Assembly (NCBI GenBank): GCA_038063755.1
Contig: JBBTUL010000012.1
Coordinates: forward strand, 64,572 to 128,571
Direction of reading: 5' to 3'
DNA: 64,000 bases
Source of the DNA: Patescibacteria group bacterium
Lineage (GTDB): Bacteria > Patescibacteriota > Minisyncoccia > UBA6257 > 2-01-FULL-56-20
Below are positions 36,749 through 46,909 of this stretch, piece after piece. The notes under the pieces were generated by a model. That model saw nothing but the letters and a program-made list of their open reading frames with translations, ran no database searches and was not told where the DNA came from. The number at the start of each line of letters is the position of its first letter. Positions within the stretch are counted from its first letter, which is position 1. The position numbers and the translations under genes were made by a program.

Positions 36749-37491
36749 ACACAAAAAAAGACTATCGCGACGAGCTATACGGGGTATATGCTTCGGGACA
36801 TACGAGCCACCTCTACAGAGAAGAGACGGCGGAGACCATTGGGAGCGAACAGCCAGCGTGGGCTGCGTATTTTGGAGGAGTGTTGCCTCGCGATAAGCGC
36901 GCACGCATCTTGGACATTGGATGCGGAACCGGGAGCTTCGTCTATTGGCTACAAGGGTTGGGATACGCGAACGCGACAGGAATCGATGTGAGCAAAGAGC
37001 AGGTTGCTATTGCCGAGAAACTTGGCATAACGAATATACGCGAGGGAGATCTTCGCGAAGCACTTAAAGCTGCCGCATCTGGGTATGATGCGATAGTCGC
37101 AAGAGACGTGCTTGAGCATTTTAAAAAAGAGGAAGTTCTTGAGATTTTGAAGCTTGTGTTTTTGGCGCTTGCTCCTGGGGGAGTATTTATCGCGCAGACG
37201 TTGAATGGCGAAAGTCCTTTTGTGGGAAGGCTGCGATACGGAGACTTTACCCACGAGACCTGTTTTACCAAATCAAGCATGGAGCAGATATTGTCCTGGG
37301 CGGGGTTCTCGCGAGTTTCGATACGCCCGCAGGATCCGGTAGTTCACGGATTCGTGTCGTTTGTGCGCAGTGCGCTTTTTGTGTTTGCAAAATATTGTCT
37401 GAGGGGGTATTTATTGCTCGAAACCGGATCATCCGGAGGAATTCTGACACAAAACCTCATTGCTGCTGCATGGAAAGAAAATCAGAGGTAA
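36745..37491 (+). CDS. Class I SAM-dependent methyltransferase
   Basis: Motif I ILDIGCGTGSF and downstream DAIVARDVLEH; ATGA overlap with gmd. Confidence 0.8.
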   Translation: MNTKKDYRDELYGVYASGHTSHLYREETAETIGSEQPAWAAYFGGVLPRDKRARILDIGCGTGSFVYWLQGLGYANATGIDVSKEQVAIAEKLGITNIREGDLREALKAAASGYDAIVARDVLEHFKKEEVLEILKLVFLALAPGGVFIAQTLNGESPFVGRLRYGDFTHETCFTKSSMEQILSWAGFSRVSIRPQDPVVHGFVSFVRSALFVFAKYCLRGYLLLETGSSGGILTQNLIAAAWKENQR

Positions 37492-38642
37492 ATCACATTG
37501 CGATTCTCACGTCGCATCCGATTCAATATCAAGCGCCATTCTTTGAGGCGCTTGCCAAGGACGAGAGAATTAGTCCCGTCGTGTACTTTGTGCAAAACAT
37601 CGGTGTCGATCGCCCGATGTTTGATTCGGAGTTTGGTCGAGAGGTGAGGTGGGATCTGCCCCTGCTTCGGGGATATTCCCACGTGTTTCTTCGCGGGTGG
37701 TGGTCGTTCGTAACGGAACTTTATCGCAATCGTCCGCAGTCGCTCTTGGTCTTGGGGTGGAATTCTTTCTATACATGGATCGGTTTCGCGGCCGCGAAAC
37801 TTTTAGGTATTTCTTTTTGGGTGCGAGGCGAGAACCCGCTCTCACAGGAACCGAAGAAGCTCTCAGCGTTGAGGCGGGCAAAGCGTGGTTTACTACGGTT
37901 ACTTTTCCGCAATACCGACAGGTTCCTTTACATCGGGAACGAAAATAAAAAGTTTTACGAACACATGGGGGCTTCGAAGGACCGACTGTTTTTTGTTCCC
38001 TACGCGGTAGACAACGAGCGGCTTTTCCGCGCGGCGGAAGCGTATAAAAACAAAAAAAGCGATTTACGGGTTAAGTATGGCATTCCAAACGATGCGATAG
38101 TTATTCTTTTTGCTGGAAAGCTTATTTCAAAGAAGCGTCCCGAAGATTTGTTGCGAGCGTACGCCGGAGTTGCCGAAAGAACTTCCGGGGGCACAATAAC
38201 GGCTCTGGTCTATGCCGGTGACGGGGCGCTTGCGGACGATCTTCAAAATATCGTGAAAGAAGAGAAAATCCCGAACGTTTTTTTTCTCGGATTTCGAAAC
38301 CAGACAGAACTTCCGGAGTGTTATGCAATGGCGGATATTTTTGTACTGCCATCCGGAATCGGGGAAACCTGGGGACTCGTAGTGAACGAGGCGATGTGCT
38401 TCGGTCTTCCGGTTATTATCTCCGACATTGTCGGATCGGGAACGGACCTGGTGCATGAAGGAGAAAATGGTCATATCGTACCGTGTGGTAACGCAGCCGC
38501 CCTTGAGAGGGCGATTACGGAACTTGTCGAAAGCCGAAGCTTGAGGATAGAGTATGGGAAGAAGTCGGTCGAGATCGTTTCGGGATACGGATTCGCCGCG
38601 GACATCGACGGCATGCGCCGAGCATATGAAACAAGAAAATAA
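37470..38642 (+). CDS. Glycosyltransferase family 4
   Basis: Start at internal Met MERKSEVNHIAILTSHP (37470); C-terminal GT4 motif ETWGLVVNEAMCFGLPVI. Confidence 0.85.
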   Translation: MERKSEVNHIAILTSHPIQYQAPFFEALAKDERISPVVYFVQNIGVDRPMFDSEFGREVRWDLPLLRGYSHVFLRGWWSFVTELYRNRPQSLLVLGWNSFYTWIGFAAAKLLGISFWVRGENPLSQEPKKLSALRRAKRGLLRLLFRNTDRFLYIGNENKKFYEHMGASKDRLFFVPYAVDNERLFRAAEAYKNKKSDLRVKYGIPNDAIVILFAGKLISKKRPEDLLRAYAGVAERTSGGTITALVYAGDGALADDLQNIVKEEKIPNVFFLGFRNQTELPECYAMADIFVLPSGIGETWGLVVNEAMCFGLPVIISDIVGSGTDLVHEGENGHIVPCGNAAALERAITELVESRSLRIEYGKKSVEIVSGYGFAADIDGMRRAYETRK

Positions 38643-39522
38643 AATTTCGGTAAGCATTATCATACCCTCATTCAACGAGGGCGATGACGTGCGTCTTTCC
38701 ATCGAGTCGGCACTCGGACAAACACATCCGCCGAAAGAGATTTTGGTTGTCGATGACTCGAAAGACGAGACCCCACACATCATAGGAGAATACGCCTCGC
38801 AGGGCGTCAAATTACTACGGGGACCGGGCAAGGGTTGTTGTGAAGCCCGAAATATGGGAATGGAGGTGGCGACGGGAGACGTCATCATGCTTTTGAATGC
38901 CGACGTGGTGCTTCCGGAAGATTTTATTTCCCGGATCGCGAAGCACTATGAAAAAGGTGCCGACTATGTGCTTGTCGAATCGAAAGTGTTTAACACGGAT
39001 TACCTACTCGCCCGATTCGTGGAAGCACAACACCACGTCGAGCACGACAACCGGACCGATCTCGAATGGACCGAGGGTTTTTCATGTAAGCGCAGTGCGG
39101 CACAGGCGATAGGTTTTATACCCGGGAATTTTCCGGTCCGATTTTGCCGAGATTGGTTTTTGGGAAAAACGCTTCATGAGAAAGGATTTCGAAAAGTTAT
39201 CGATCGAACCATTGTGGTTACGCACAAAGCCCCGGAAATATTCGGCGAATACTGGAATGTCCGTTCGACGCGAGGGAGATTCGCGGTTCTCGCACAGCGA
39301 TACTTACTTCACCGATCCCGCACGCACGTCTTTTTGAAGCTTGTCGCAAAGCACGCAATCCTCGCGGTTTTGCTTGCGACGCTTGTGTATCCGCTTCAGT
39401 TTGTCGTGCGGGCGGCAAGAAAAAGCGATCGAGGAATGAGGGACGTCTTCCCGTTTTTCGCCGCCTTCGTGATCCAGGAGGTCGCGCGCGCTTACGGGGA
39501 GTGGCGGGGGTGGATGTTGTGA
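38626..39522 (+). CDS. Glycosyltransferase family 2
   Basis: Start MKQENKISVSIIIPSFNEGDDV (typical GT2 N-terminus); DxD-like DVIMLLNADVV. Confidence 0.8.
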   Translation: MKQENKISVSIIIPSFNEGDDVRLSIESALGQTHPPKEILVVDDSKDETPHIIGEYASQGVKLLRGPGKGCCEARNMGMEVATGDVIMLLNADVVLPEDFISRIAKHYEKGADYVLVESKVFNTDYLLARFVEAQHHVEHDNRTDLEWTEGFSCKRSAAQAIGFIPGNFPVRFCRDWFLGKTLHEKGFRKVIDRTIVVTHKAPEIFGEYWNVRSTRGRFAVLAQRYLLHRSRTHVFLKLVAKHAILAVLLATLVYPLQFVVRAARKSDRGMRDVFPFFAAFVIQEVARAYGEWRGWML

Positions 39523-39553
39523 TCTGGTATAGTCAATTACATAACATTACGGC

Positions 39554-40525
39554 ATGGACGCAACACGACAGGCAATTTTCGATCACGACCTCGACGAAGC
39601 GCAAGGCTGGGGGGTGAGGGCGATCATTCGATTAAAACTTTTCTACTACTTATTCTCGCGAATACGACAGAATAGGACTCTTCGGGAGGAGCTTCGCCCG
39701 GCACTCGGGGAAAACGGTATTGCCCGCAAGATCGACCTTTTTCTCCGGGACGACGGAGGAATGTTCAAGCATTACGCTTACGGGCGCATTCAAGGGCGGC
39801 GGTCGCTTCGGGGAGCCCGTGTGCTGGTTCCCGGTGTCGGGTACGGAAGAAACCTCGCACAACTCGCCGCATTCCGACCCAAGGAAATCGTTGCATTCGA
39901 TTTTTATGAATATCCGGAGGATTGGGAATATCTTAAAAAATCCCTTGGAGAAAGATTCGGGGTCAATATCACGTTTCTCACAGGTGACTTCGACGTGGTG
40001 CCGGAGTCGTACCGCGGAAGTTTCGATGCTATCGTCTCCGACGCCGTACTCGAGCACGTTCCCGATCTTCCCAAATTCATGTCCTATTCGGAGTTGTTTC
40101 TGAAAGAAGGCGGCGTGTTTTTCGCTTCATTCGGTCCGATCTGGTACGGACCGAGCGGGGACCACGTTGAGTGGGGTCCAGACAACCTCTTCGACCATCT
40201 GTTGCTTTCTCGCGCGGCGTACGCAAAACAAGTTGCCGCCCGCATCGCCGTCGCCGAACACGATTCCTGCGACCCCGGATTTATGGGACAGGAAGAATTA
40301 TTCTCTTATCTTGCCGTGGATACGTATCTCAATGAGTTGTTGCGCCGTCCTTCGTTCGAAAAAATGTGCATTGCCGCGAAGATTTCTTCGAAAGCGGTCG
40401 CGCTTTTTAGGAGACATCCGAATTTTCACCGAACCTTGGACGAGGCGAATATCCCCTTATTCGATCGTTTTTGCTCCGGATTCTATGTTTGGCTCGTACG
40501 TCGAGGACCAGAAACAAAAACATGA
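39554..40525 (+). CDS. SAM-dependent methyltransferase-like protein
   Basis: VLVPGVGYGRN (motif I-like) and DAIVSDAVLEHV; 323 aa. Confidence 0.6.
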   Translation: MDATRQAIFDHDLDEAQGWGVRAIIRLKLFYYLFSRIRQNRTLREELRPALGENGIARKIDLFLRDDGGMFKHYAYGRIQGRRSLRGARVLVPGVGYGRNLAQLAAFRPKEIVAFDFYEYPEDWEYLKKSLGERFGVNITFLTGDFDVVPESYRGSFDAIVSDAVLEHVPDLPKFMSYSELFLKEGGVFFASFGPIWYGPSGDHVEWGPDNLFDHLLLSRAAYAKQVAARIAVAEHDSCDPGFMGQEELFSYLAVDTYLNELLRRPSFEKMCIAAKISSKAVALFRRHPNFHRTLDEANIPLFDRFCSGFYVWLVRRGPETKT

Positions 40526-41667
40526 AGGTGGTGGTGTCGGTCGGAGGGGGGTTCCATGCGTTTCATTTGAGTCGCGAGCTTGAACGGCAGGACGCGCTTT
40601 TGCGCTTGTTCACTTCCTATCCTGCTTCGCACGCAATCCGTCGCGGAGTAAGTAAAGACCGGGTTACCTCCCTTATGCTCAAGGAAATTCTTCAGCGCGG
40701 GTGGGGGATGTTGCCGAGTGCGCTCAAGGGTTTTGGAGATCCGCGCCCATGGCTACACAACTTGTATGATCTGCAGGTCGCGCGCCGTATGCCGCAAGCG
40801 GATATTTTCGTGGGGTGGTCCTCCTTCGCACTTCAAAGCATCAGGCGAGCAAAAGCTCTCGGCATGAAGTCCCTTGTCGACCACGGAAGTTCCCATATCG
40901 AATTTCAGCGGGATATATTGACCGAAGAGGCCAAGAGAACGGGCGTTTGTCTTGGTATGCCGCATCCGCTTATCGTCGAAAAAGAAATTCGTGAGTATCA
41001 CGAAGCGGATTATATTGTGATTCCATCGACATATGCTCGAAACACGTTTATCGAGAAAGGAGTTCCAGAAGAAAAACTCATTCAGATTCCATACGGAGTC
41101 GACCTCGAGATTTTTGCTCCAGGAAAGAAAAATGACGACGTATTTCGGGTGATTTACGCGGGTGGTATGACCATTCAGAAGGGGGTCCACTACCTTCTGG
41201 AGGCGTTTGCGGGTATGGATCGTCCCAATACGGAACTCGTGCTTATAGGAGGCAAGAGCCCCGAGATTGAGGGGTATTTCGAAAAGTATGCAGGCATTTT
41301 CAAATGGATCGGGAGCGTTCCCCGACAAGAACTTGTCCGCGAGTATCAAAATGGGTCTGTGTTCGTTCTAAACTCGATCGATGATGGATTCGGCATGGTG
41401 ATGGCGGAGGCGATGTCCTGCGGTTTGCCGGTCATCGCAACCGACCATACCGGAGGACCGGATCTTATTGATGAAGAAAAAAACGGATTCATAATTCCCA
41501 TACGAAGCCCCGGGATCCTTGCGGAGAAGTTGAGATATCTCTATGACCATCGGGATGTTTTGGACGGTATGAGCAATGACGCAAGGCGGCGTGTTCACGA
41601 AGGATGTTCTTGGTACGACTACGGAAACAGCGTTTTCGCTTCATATAAAAAAATAATCGAAACATAG
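40522..41667 (+). CDS. Glycosyltransferase family 4
   Basis: Start MKVVVSVGGGFHAF at 40522 (ATGA overlap); C-terminal DGFGMVMAEAMSCGLPVIATD. Confidence 0.85.
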   Translation: MKVVVSVGGGFHAFHLSRELERQDALLRLFTSYPASHAIRRGVSKDRVTSLMLKEILQRGWGMLPSALKGFGDPRPWLHNLYDLQVARRMPQADIFVGWSSFALQSIRRAKALGMKSLVDHGSSHIEFQRDILTEEAKRTGVCLGMPHPLIVEKEIREYHEADYIVIPSTYARNTFIEKGVPEEKLIQIPYGVDLEIFAPGKKNDDVFRVIYAGGMTIQKGVHYLLEAFAGMDRPNTELVLIGGKSPEIEGYFEKYAGIFKWIGSVPRQELVREYQNGSVFVLNSIDDGFGMVMAEAMSCGLPVIATDHTGGPDLIDEEKNGFIIPIRSPGILAEKLRYLYDHRDVLDGMSNDARRRVHEGCSWYDYGNSVFASYKKIIET

Positions 41668-41675
41668 AAGAGTCC

Positions 41676-42738
41676 ATGCTGTGGAAGAAAATCGTACTTT
41701 CTGTCGTGGCAACCGTGGCGGGCATCCTTCTCCTTGAGGGCGCACTTAGAATTTTAGGGGCCGGAGGTCCCGCAGAGCCGATTGTTGACGCGATAAACGA
41801 ACTGAACAGGATTCACGGATACAATTCCGACATGGGCTGGGTGCTTGTCCCCGGTTCGTCGGGGCGTCAAAGACTTCCCGACTTCGATGTGGTGTATCGC
41901 ATAAACGACGAAGGGTTCAGGGACGACCGCGTCTATCCGGAGACGCACGACACAAGGCGGGCCCTACTTTTCGGAGATTCGTTTGCGTTCGGTATCGGAG
42001 TTTCAAACGAAGAAACATTCGCGAAGAAATCCGAGAAAGAGACCGGACACGAAGTTTTGAATTTCGGTGTTTCCGGATACGACCCCGGCCAATATTTGTT
42101 GGCGCTCAAGAAGGCGCAATTGACGTACCATGCCGATGCGGTGATCTTTTCGACATACCTCGGAAACGATATTGAAGACGTTTTGCTCGACCACCTCTTT
42201 GCCCAGCCCGAGAAGAACAAGCCCTACTTCGTGTTAGAGGAAGGACATCTTGAGCTGCGCGGGATTCCGGTCCGTCGACCCGAGATCTTTGCTTGACTAC
42301 CGAGTAAAAAACAGGACGATAAATAATATCGCGAGTTTTATTCTGAAATCGCGAATCGGGTTTATTTTTAAAAACGTTCTCAAAAACAACGCCTACCCGT
42401 TCCTCGAGCGTCTTGGTGTGGTGAAGACGATTCGGGATTACGATAAAAATTTCGAATTACTCGAGGCGATTTTGAAAGAAGCAAAGATGACTGCGCCCGG
42501 CGAGCGCCTGGGGGTTCTGGTAATTCCGTCGAAGAACATCGCCTCAAATTACCTTGAGCGGCAGTTCGGAAGTCGTCTTGCGCAAGTTCTTGAAGCGCAG
42601 GGCATACCGTACCGTAGCCTTGTCTCGGACGGCGAGAAGGACCCCGGGATATATTTTGAGGGAGAGGGGCACTTTAACGAAAGAGGACATGCGGTTGCCG
42701 CCAAGGCCCTTGGAGAAGTTCTGGAGGAGTTGCGATAG
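41676..42738 (+). pseudogene. SGNH/GDSL-type hydrolase split by a +1 frameshift (ORFs 41676-42296 and 42250-42738)
   Basis: N-terminal part has the GDS-like block LLFGDSFAFG; C-terminal part has the D-x-x-H block EGEGHFNERGH. Both halves are collinear with the intact paralog at 45719-46909; the frame change must lie between 42238 and 42294. Confidence 0.55.
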
Positions 42739-42783
42739 GCCCGTGTTGCAAGGCGTTCGGGGCGCTGTTAAAATGACTTCCGT

Positions 42784-42975
42784 ATGAAGATGCTCTCTTC
42801 TTTGTGGCGATCGGTAACAATTCGGTTTTCCATCATCGGAAGGCTGTTCGGGTTTCTTTGGGAGAACAAAATGTGGTGGATGATCCCGATGATCCTTGTC
42901 TTGGTGGTTTTTTTCCTCATCCTCATCTTTGCCCAGAGTTCTCCGCTCGGTCCGTTTATCTATACTCTTTTTTAG
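42784..42975 (+). CDS. DUF5989 (SxtK-like) small membrane protein
   Basis: C-terminus ...SSPLGPFIYTLF and the preceding LW-x-x-KMWWMIP segment match my recollection of the conserved pattern of this family; true start probably internal. Confidence 0.55.
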   Translation: MKMLSSLWRSVTIRFSIIGRLFGFLWENKMWWMIPMILVLVVFFLILIFAQSSPLGPFIYTLF

Positions 42976-42987
42976 CCACGCTACCCA

Positions 42988-43215
42988 ATGTCAATCCTGA
43001 AAAAAGTCTGGAAGCTATTTGAGCGATTTGCATTCTTTCTCGGCGATATTATTACGGGAGTTGTGCTCGTGGTTTTTTACTACACAATATTCGCCGTTGT
43101 CGCGATACCATTCCGACTTTTCGGGAAAAACCCGCTGGCTCCATACGCTCCCGATTCGAATTGGATTCCAAAACAGAAAACTCCTCATTCGCTTGAGGAC
43201 TTCAAGAGCGAATAA
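42988..43215 (+). CDS. SxtJ-like small membrane protein
   Basis: 75 aa with two TM segments, immediately upstream of a carbamoyltransferase; this family is typically co-located with it. Confidence 0.5.
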   Translation: MSILKKVWKLFERFAFFLGDIITGVVLVVFYYTIFAVVAIPFRLFGKNPLAPYAPDSNWIPKQKTPHSLEDFKSE

Positions 43216-43220
43216 CAACC

Positions 43221-45014
43221 ATGAAGATTCTCGGTCTTTCATTTTTCTATCATGATGCGGCGGCGGTGCTTTTGATCGACGGAAAGCCCGCCGTGATGGT
43301 GGAGGAAGAGCGATTTTCCCGAAAGAAGCACGACGACGACTTCCCCGAACGTGCAATCAAATTTGCCCTCGAAGAAGCCGGCATTACCGCAGCGGATCTC
43401 GACTATGTGGTGTTTTACGAGAGACCCTTCATAAAGCTCGCCCGTATCTTTAAAACGGCCCTAGCCACGTTTCCCTGGACCCCGTCCGTGTTTGTGAGAG
43501 CGATCAAGAGCCTTTTCCTCTCCAAGCTCTGGGTTCGCGCGCTCATCGCCAAAGAGCTCGATATTCATCCAGACAAGATATTGTTTACCGAACATCACCT
43601 ATCGCATGCCGCGGCGTCGTTTTTCCCTTCGCCATACGAGAAGGCGGCGGTTGTGACGATTGACGGAGTGGGAGAGTGGGCCTGTACGACGATCGGGGTA
43701 GGCGACGGAACCGATCTTACGATTCTCAAAGAAATGAATTTTCCCCATTCGCTCGGTCTTCTTTATTCCGCGTTTACGGCCTTTCTGGGATTCCAAATAA
43801 ACGAAGGCGAATACAAGGTCATGGGCATGGCGCCCTACGGAAAACCGAAATACGTGGACAGGGTCAAGAAGCTCATCAATTTCTTTGACGACGGATCGTT
43901 TTCGTTGAATCTCGAGTATTTCTTGTTTTACCGATCCTCCAAAAAGACCTATTCCCGGAAATTCGTGGAGCTATTCGGGAATCCTCGAGATCCGAAGTCA
44001 AAATTTTTCACGCGTGACTCCGGGTGGCCGTCCTATTTTGGAGAGAAGCCCAGGGGTGAAGAATTCGAGAAGCTCGCCAATGATCAGGAATATTATGCCG
44101 ATATTGCCGCATCGCTTCAGAAAGTGACCGAAGAGACGATCGTGAGAATCGTCAAAGAAGCGCACAGGGTGACCGGCTGCGACAAGCTTTGTATCGGAGG
44201 AGGTGTGGGACTAAACTCCGTGGCAAATTGGAAAATCATTGAGGGGACTCCGTATAAAGAAATGTTTATCCAACCGGCGGCAGGGGATTCGGGCGGAGCT
44301 CTGGGTGCGGCGCTCTCGATCTATCACACGGTTTTTAAGAAGCCGAGGGAGTTTGTCATGAAGCACGCGTATTACGGCAAGGCGTATACCAAGGCGGAGA
44401 TAGAAGAGTTTATCGCCCGCAAAGGACTTGAGGCAGAGTATGTGCCAGACGAAGATACGCTCGTCACGAAAGTGGTCGCCGAAATTCTTGAAGGAAAAGT
44501 CATCGGTTGGTTCCATGGGAAGTTCGAGTGGGGCCCGAGGGCCCTCGGGAGCAGATCGATCTTGGCGGATCCGCGCAGGACCGACATGAAAGACATCGTG
44601 AATACAAAAATAAAATTCAGAGAACCCTATCGGCCATTCGCCCCTTCGGTACTTTCGGAGCACGCCCATGAGTTCTTCGAAATATCCGACGTTCCGAAGC
44701 ACTTTCCGGCCCGCTTCATGCTCTACGTGGTCAACGTTCGCAAGGAAAAGCAGGCAGTCATTCCTGCTATCACGCATGTTGACGGTACTGGACGCCTCCA
44801 AACCGTATTTAAGGAGGAAAGTCCTCGATATTGGAAGCTCATTAACGCATTTTACGAAAAAACCGGCGTTCCTCTTCTTCTGAACACTTCGTTCAATCTG
44901 CGGGGTGAGCCGATCGTAAATACTCCAGAGAACGCCTACAACACGTTCTCGGCGAGCGGAATGGATGTGCTGGTGCTCGAGAACTATATCGTACGGAAGA
45001 AGCATGCCTCGTAG
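43221..45014 (+). CDS. Carbamoyltransferase (NodU/CmcH family)
   Basis: 597 aa; N-terminus MKILGLSFFYHDAAAVLLIDGKPAVMVEEERFSRKKHD and conserved Carbam_trans N- and C-terminal domains. Confidence 0.9.
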   Translation: MKILGLSFFYHDAAAVLLIDGKPAVMVEEERFSRKKHDDDFPERAIKFALEEAGITAADLDYVVFYERPFIKLARIFKTALATFPWTPSVFVRAIKSLFLSKLWVRALIAKELDIHPDKILFTEHHLSHAAASFFPSPYEKAAVVTIDGVGEWACTTIGVGDGTDLTILKEMNFPHSLGLLYSAFTAFLGFQINEGEYKVMGMAPYGKPKYVDRVKKLINFFDDGSFSLNLEYFLFYRSSKKTYSRKFVELFGNPRDPKSKFFTRDSGWPSYFGEKPRGEEFEKLANDQEYYADIAASLQKVTEETIVRIVKEAHRVTGCDKLCIGGGVGLNSVANWKIIEGTPYKEMFIQPAAGDSGGALGAALSIYHTVFKKPREFVMKHAYYGKAYTKAEIEEFIARKGLEAEYVPDEDTLVTKVVAEILEGKVIGWFHGKFEWGPRALGSRSILADPRRTDMKDIVNTKIKFREPYRPFAPSVLSEHAHEFFEISDVPKHFPARFMLYVVNVRKEKQAVIPAITHVDGTGRLQTVFKEESPRYWKLINAFYEKTGVPLLLNTSFNLRGEPIVNTPENAYNTFSASGMDVLVLENYIVRKKHAS

Positions 45015-45023
45015 ATTCATATC

Positions 45024-45713
45024 ATGAAACAGCACCAATCTGGCTCCGACACGAAGCCGAAACTGCACATTGGTTGTGGACTCATTGCGCCCGCCGGATG
45101 GGTGAATCTCGACGGCTCGGCCGGAGCCTGGATCGCAAAACATCCTGTCCTTAAGAAGACGCTCAAGACATTTCACCTCGCTCCGCGATCGCTTTTCGAC
45201 ACCGCGTGGAGTCCGGATATCGTGGTACACGACATACGGAGGCGACTTCCATTTGATAACGACTCGATCGGCGCCGCGTACGGGTCGCATCTTCTGGAGC
45301 ACCTCTATCGAGACGAAGCAGTTTCTCTTCTTGGAGAGTGTTTTCGGGTGCTTGCCCCAGGAGGAATTGTGCGGATGATGGTTCCCGATCTTCGAGGTCA
45401 TGCGGAAAGCTATCTGAACGATTCCATCCCGACCCGAGATGGGCTCACGAAAGCGGATGTGTTTGTCGAGGCGCTGAATTTTAGGGATCCGCATCCGGTC
45501 CGGGGAAGCGCGGTGTACCGTCTTTATACCGCACTCAAAGACTTTCATACGCATAAATGGATGTATGACGCGGATTCGCTTTCGTCGTATTTCAAAGAAG
45601 CCGGATTTACTGAGATACGAACAATGAAACGGCACGAGAGCCGCATCAAGGGAATCGAAGAGGTTGAGCGAAACGACGGGTTGTGCGTTGAAGGCCTGAA
45701 GCCTGACAATTAA
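45024..45713 (+). CDS. SAM-dependent methyltransferase-like protein
   Basis: HIGCGLIAPAGWVNLDGS glycine-rich motif and LLEHL; 229 aa. Confidence 0.65.
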   Translation: MKQHQSGSDTKPKLHIGCGLIAPAGWVNLDGSAGAWIAKHPVLKKTLKTFHLAPRSLFDTAWSPDIVVHDIRRRLPFDNDSIGAAYGSHLLEHLYRDEAVSLLGECFRVLAPGGIVRMMVPDLRGHAESYLNDSIPTRDGLTKADVFVEALNFRDPHPVRGSAVYRLYTALKDFHTHKWMYDADSLSSYFKEAGFTEIRTMKRHESRIKGIEEVERNDGLCVEGLKPDN

Positions 45714-45718
45714 ATTCC

Positions 45719-46909
45719 ATGCCCCTTATCTTTAAAAAAATATTATTGAGCGTTGTCTCGCTCACGATCTTGGTCGGAGTTTGTGAGGTGTCTTCTCGTT
45801 TCTACGAAAGAAAAGAAATTCGGGATTTCCCGCCAGCGCCCGACAATGCGGAAGGATTCGGAGATTTCAAAGGGTTGCTTCGCTGGGTTGGCGATCTCGG
45901 ACGAGTTCAGGGATACATTGTCCCCGAAGGAGGCGTCGACTATCTGCCGTACACGATTACGGGACTCAAACCCAGCTTCCCGTTTCATATAAAGAACGTT
46001 GATTATCGGACCAACGCCCAAGGATTCCGGCACGAAGGAGAGATCGTCATGCCGAAACCCGCCGGAGCCTTCCGCATTTTTTTGCTCGGCGGATCGACCG
46101 TTCAAGGAATATTCAATCACCAATGGACCATCTCGTACTATCTTGACCGCGCCCTTAAGGCAAACCATCCGAACGTGGAAGTGATAAACGCCGGAGTGGT
46201 TGGGTATCGTTCGCAAAGCGAGATGGCGCTTCTTACGACCAAGATCCTCGACATGGACCCCGACCTGGTTGTCGTACTCGACGGGAGGAATGATCTTTAT
46301 TACTCGATACTTCCGACATGGCGGAATCGTGAGGGTGCGGATTATCTTGCCGAAAAGACTATTCTTGATAACCTGGTGAATTATCCTTCCGAGGTTCAAA
46401 TTTCGAAATACGCCGCGAAGGTATTTCTAAAGAGGAGTTCGCTTGCTACGCGCATCATTAACCTCACCCACCGGAGCGGCGCCTCGAGCACATATCCGCC
46501 GGATGCGAAGATTAAAGACGAGGCGGTAAAGACATATCTTGGAAATCTTGCGATCATGAAAGCGATTCTGGAATCCCGTGGAATTCGAGGCATTCTTGCA
46601 TTTCAACCGACGCTCGGATATTGCAAGGACGATACCAGTGATTACGAGAAAAGCGTGATTTCGTATCTTGTCGAGGTCGAGAAGAGCAACTGGCTCGATG
46701 AGGTTCGCTCGAAGTGGAAGGAAGTGGGCGAACGCGTCGATGGCATCCCGGATTCTTCCCTGGTTGAGACACACGATCTCACGTGCCTTTTTTCCGACAT
46801 GAAGGAAACCGCATATATCGACTCCGTCCATTACGTCCCCAAGTCTTCGCAGGTGCTCGGCGAGCGATTCGCGCAAATCGTGGAATCGCAGTTTCTTACC
46901 CGCAAATGA
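45719..46909 (+). CDS. SGNH/GDSL hydrolase family protein
   Basis: N-terminal TM segment; GDS-like block FRIFLLGGSTVQG; D-x-x-H block DSVHYVP; paralog of the split gene at 41676-42738. Confidence 0.65.
   Translation: MPLIFKKILLSVVSLTILVGVCEVSSRFYERKEIRDFPPAPDNAEGFGDFKGLLRWVGDLGRVQGYIVPEGGVDYLPYTITGLKPSFPFHIKNVDYRTNAQGFRHEGEIVMPKPAGAFRIFLLGGSTVQGIFNHQWTISYYLDRALKANHPNVEVINAGVVGYRSQSEMALLTTKILDMDPDLVVVLDGRNDLYYSILPTWRNREGADYLAEKTILDNLVNYPSEVQISKYAAKVFLKRSSLATRIINLTHRSGASSTYPPDAKIKDEAVKTYLGNLAIMKAILESRGIRGILAFQPTLGYCKDDTSDYEKSVISYLVEVEKSNWLDEVRSKWKEVGERVDGIPDSSLVETHDLTCLFSDMKETAYIDSVHYVPKSSQVLGERFAQIVESQFLTRK

Noticed and set aside
38127-38888. 253-aa minus-strand ORF
   Set aside because: Antisense to GT4 and GT2 genes that carry clear family motifs.
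44211-45635. 474-aa minus-strand ORF
   Set aside because: Antisense to the well-supported carbamoyltransferase and methyltransferase genes; Arg-rich with no motifs.
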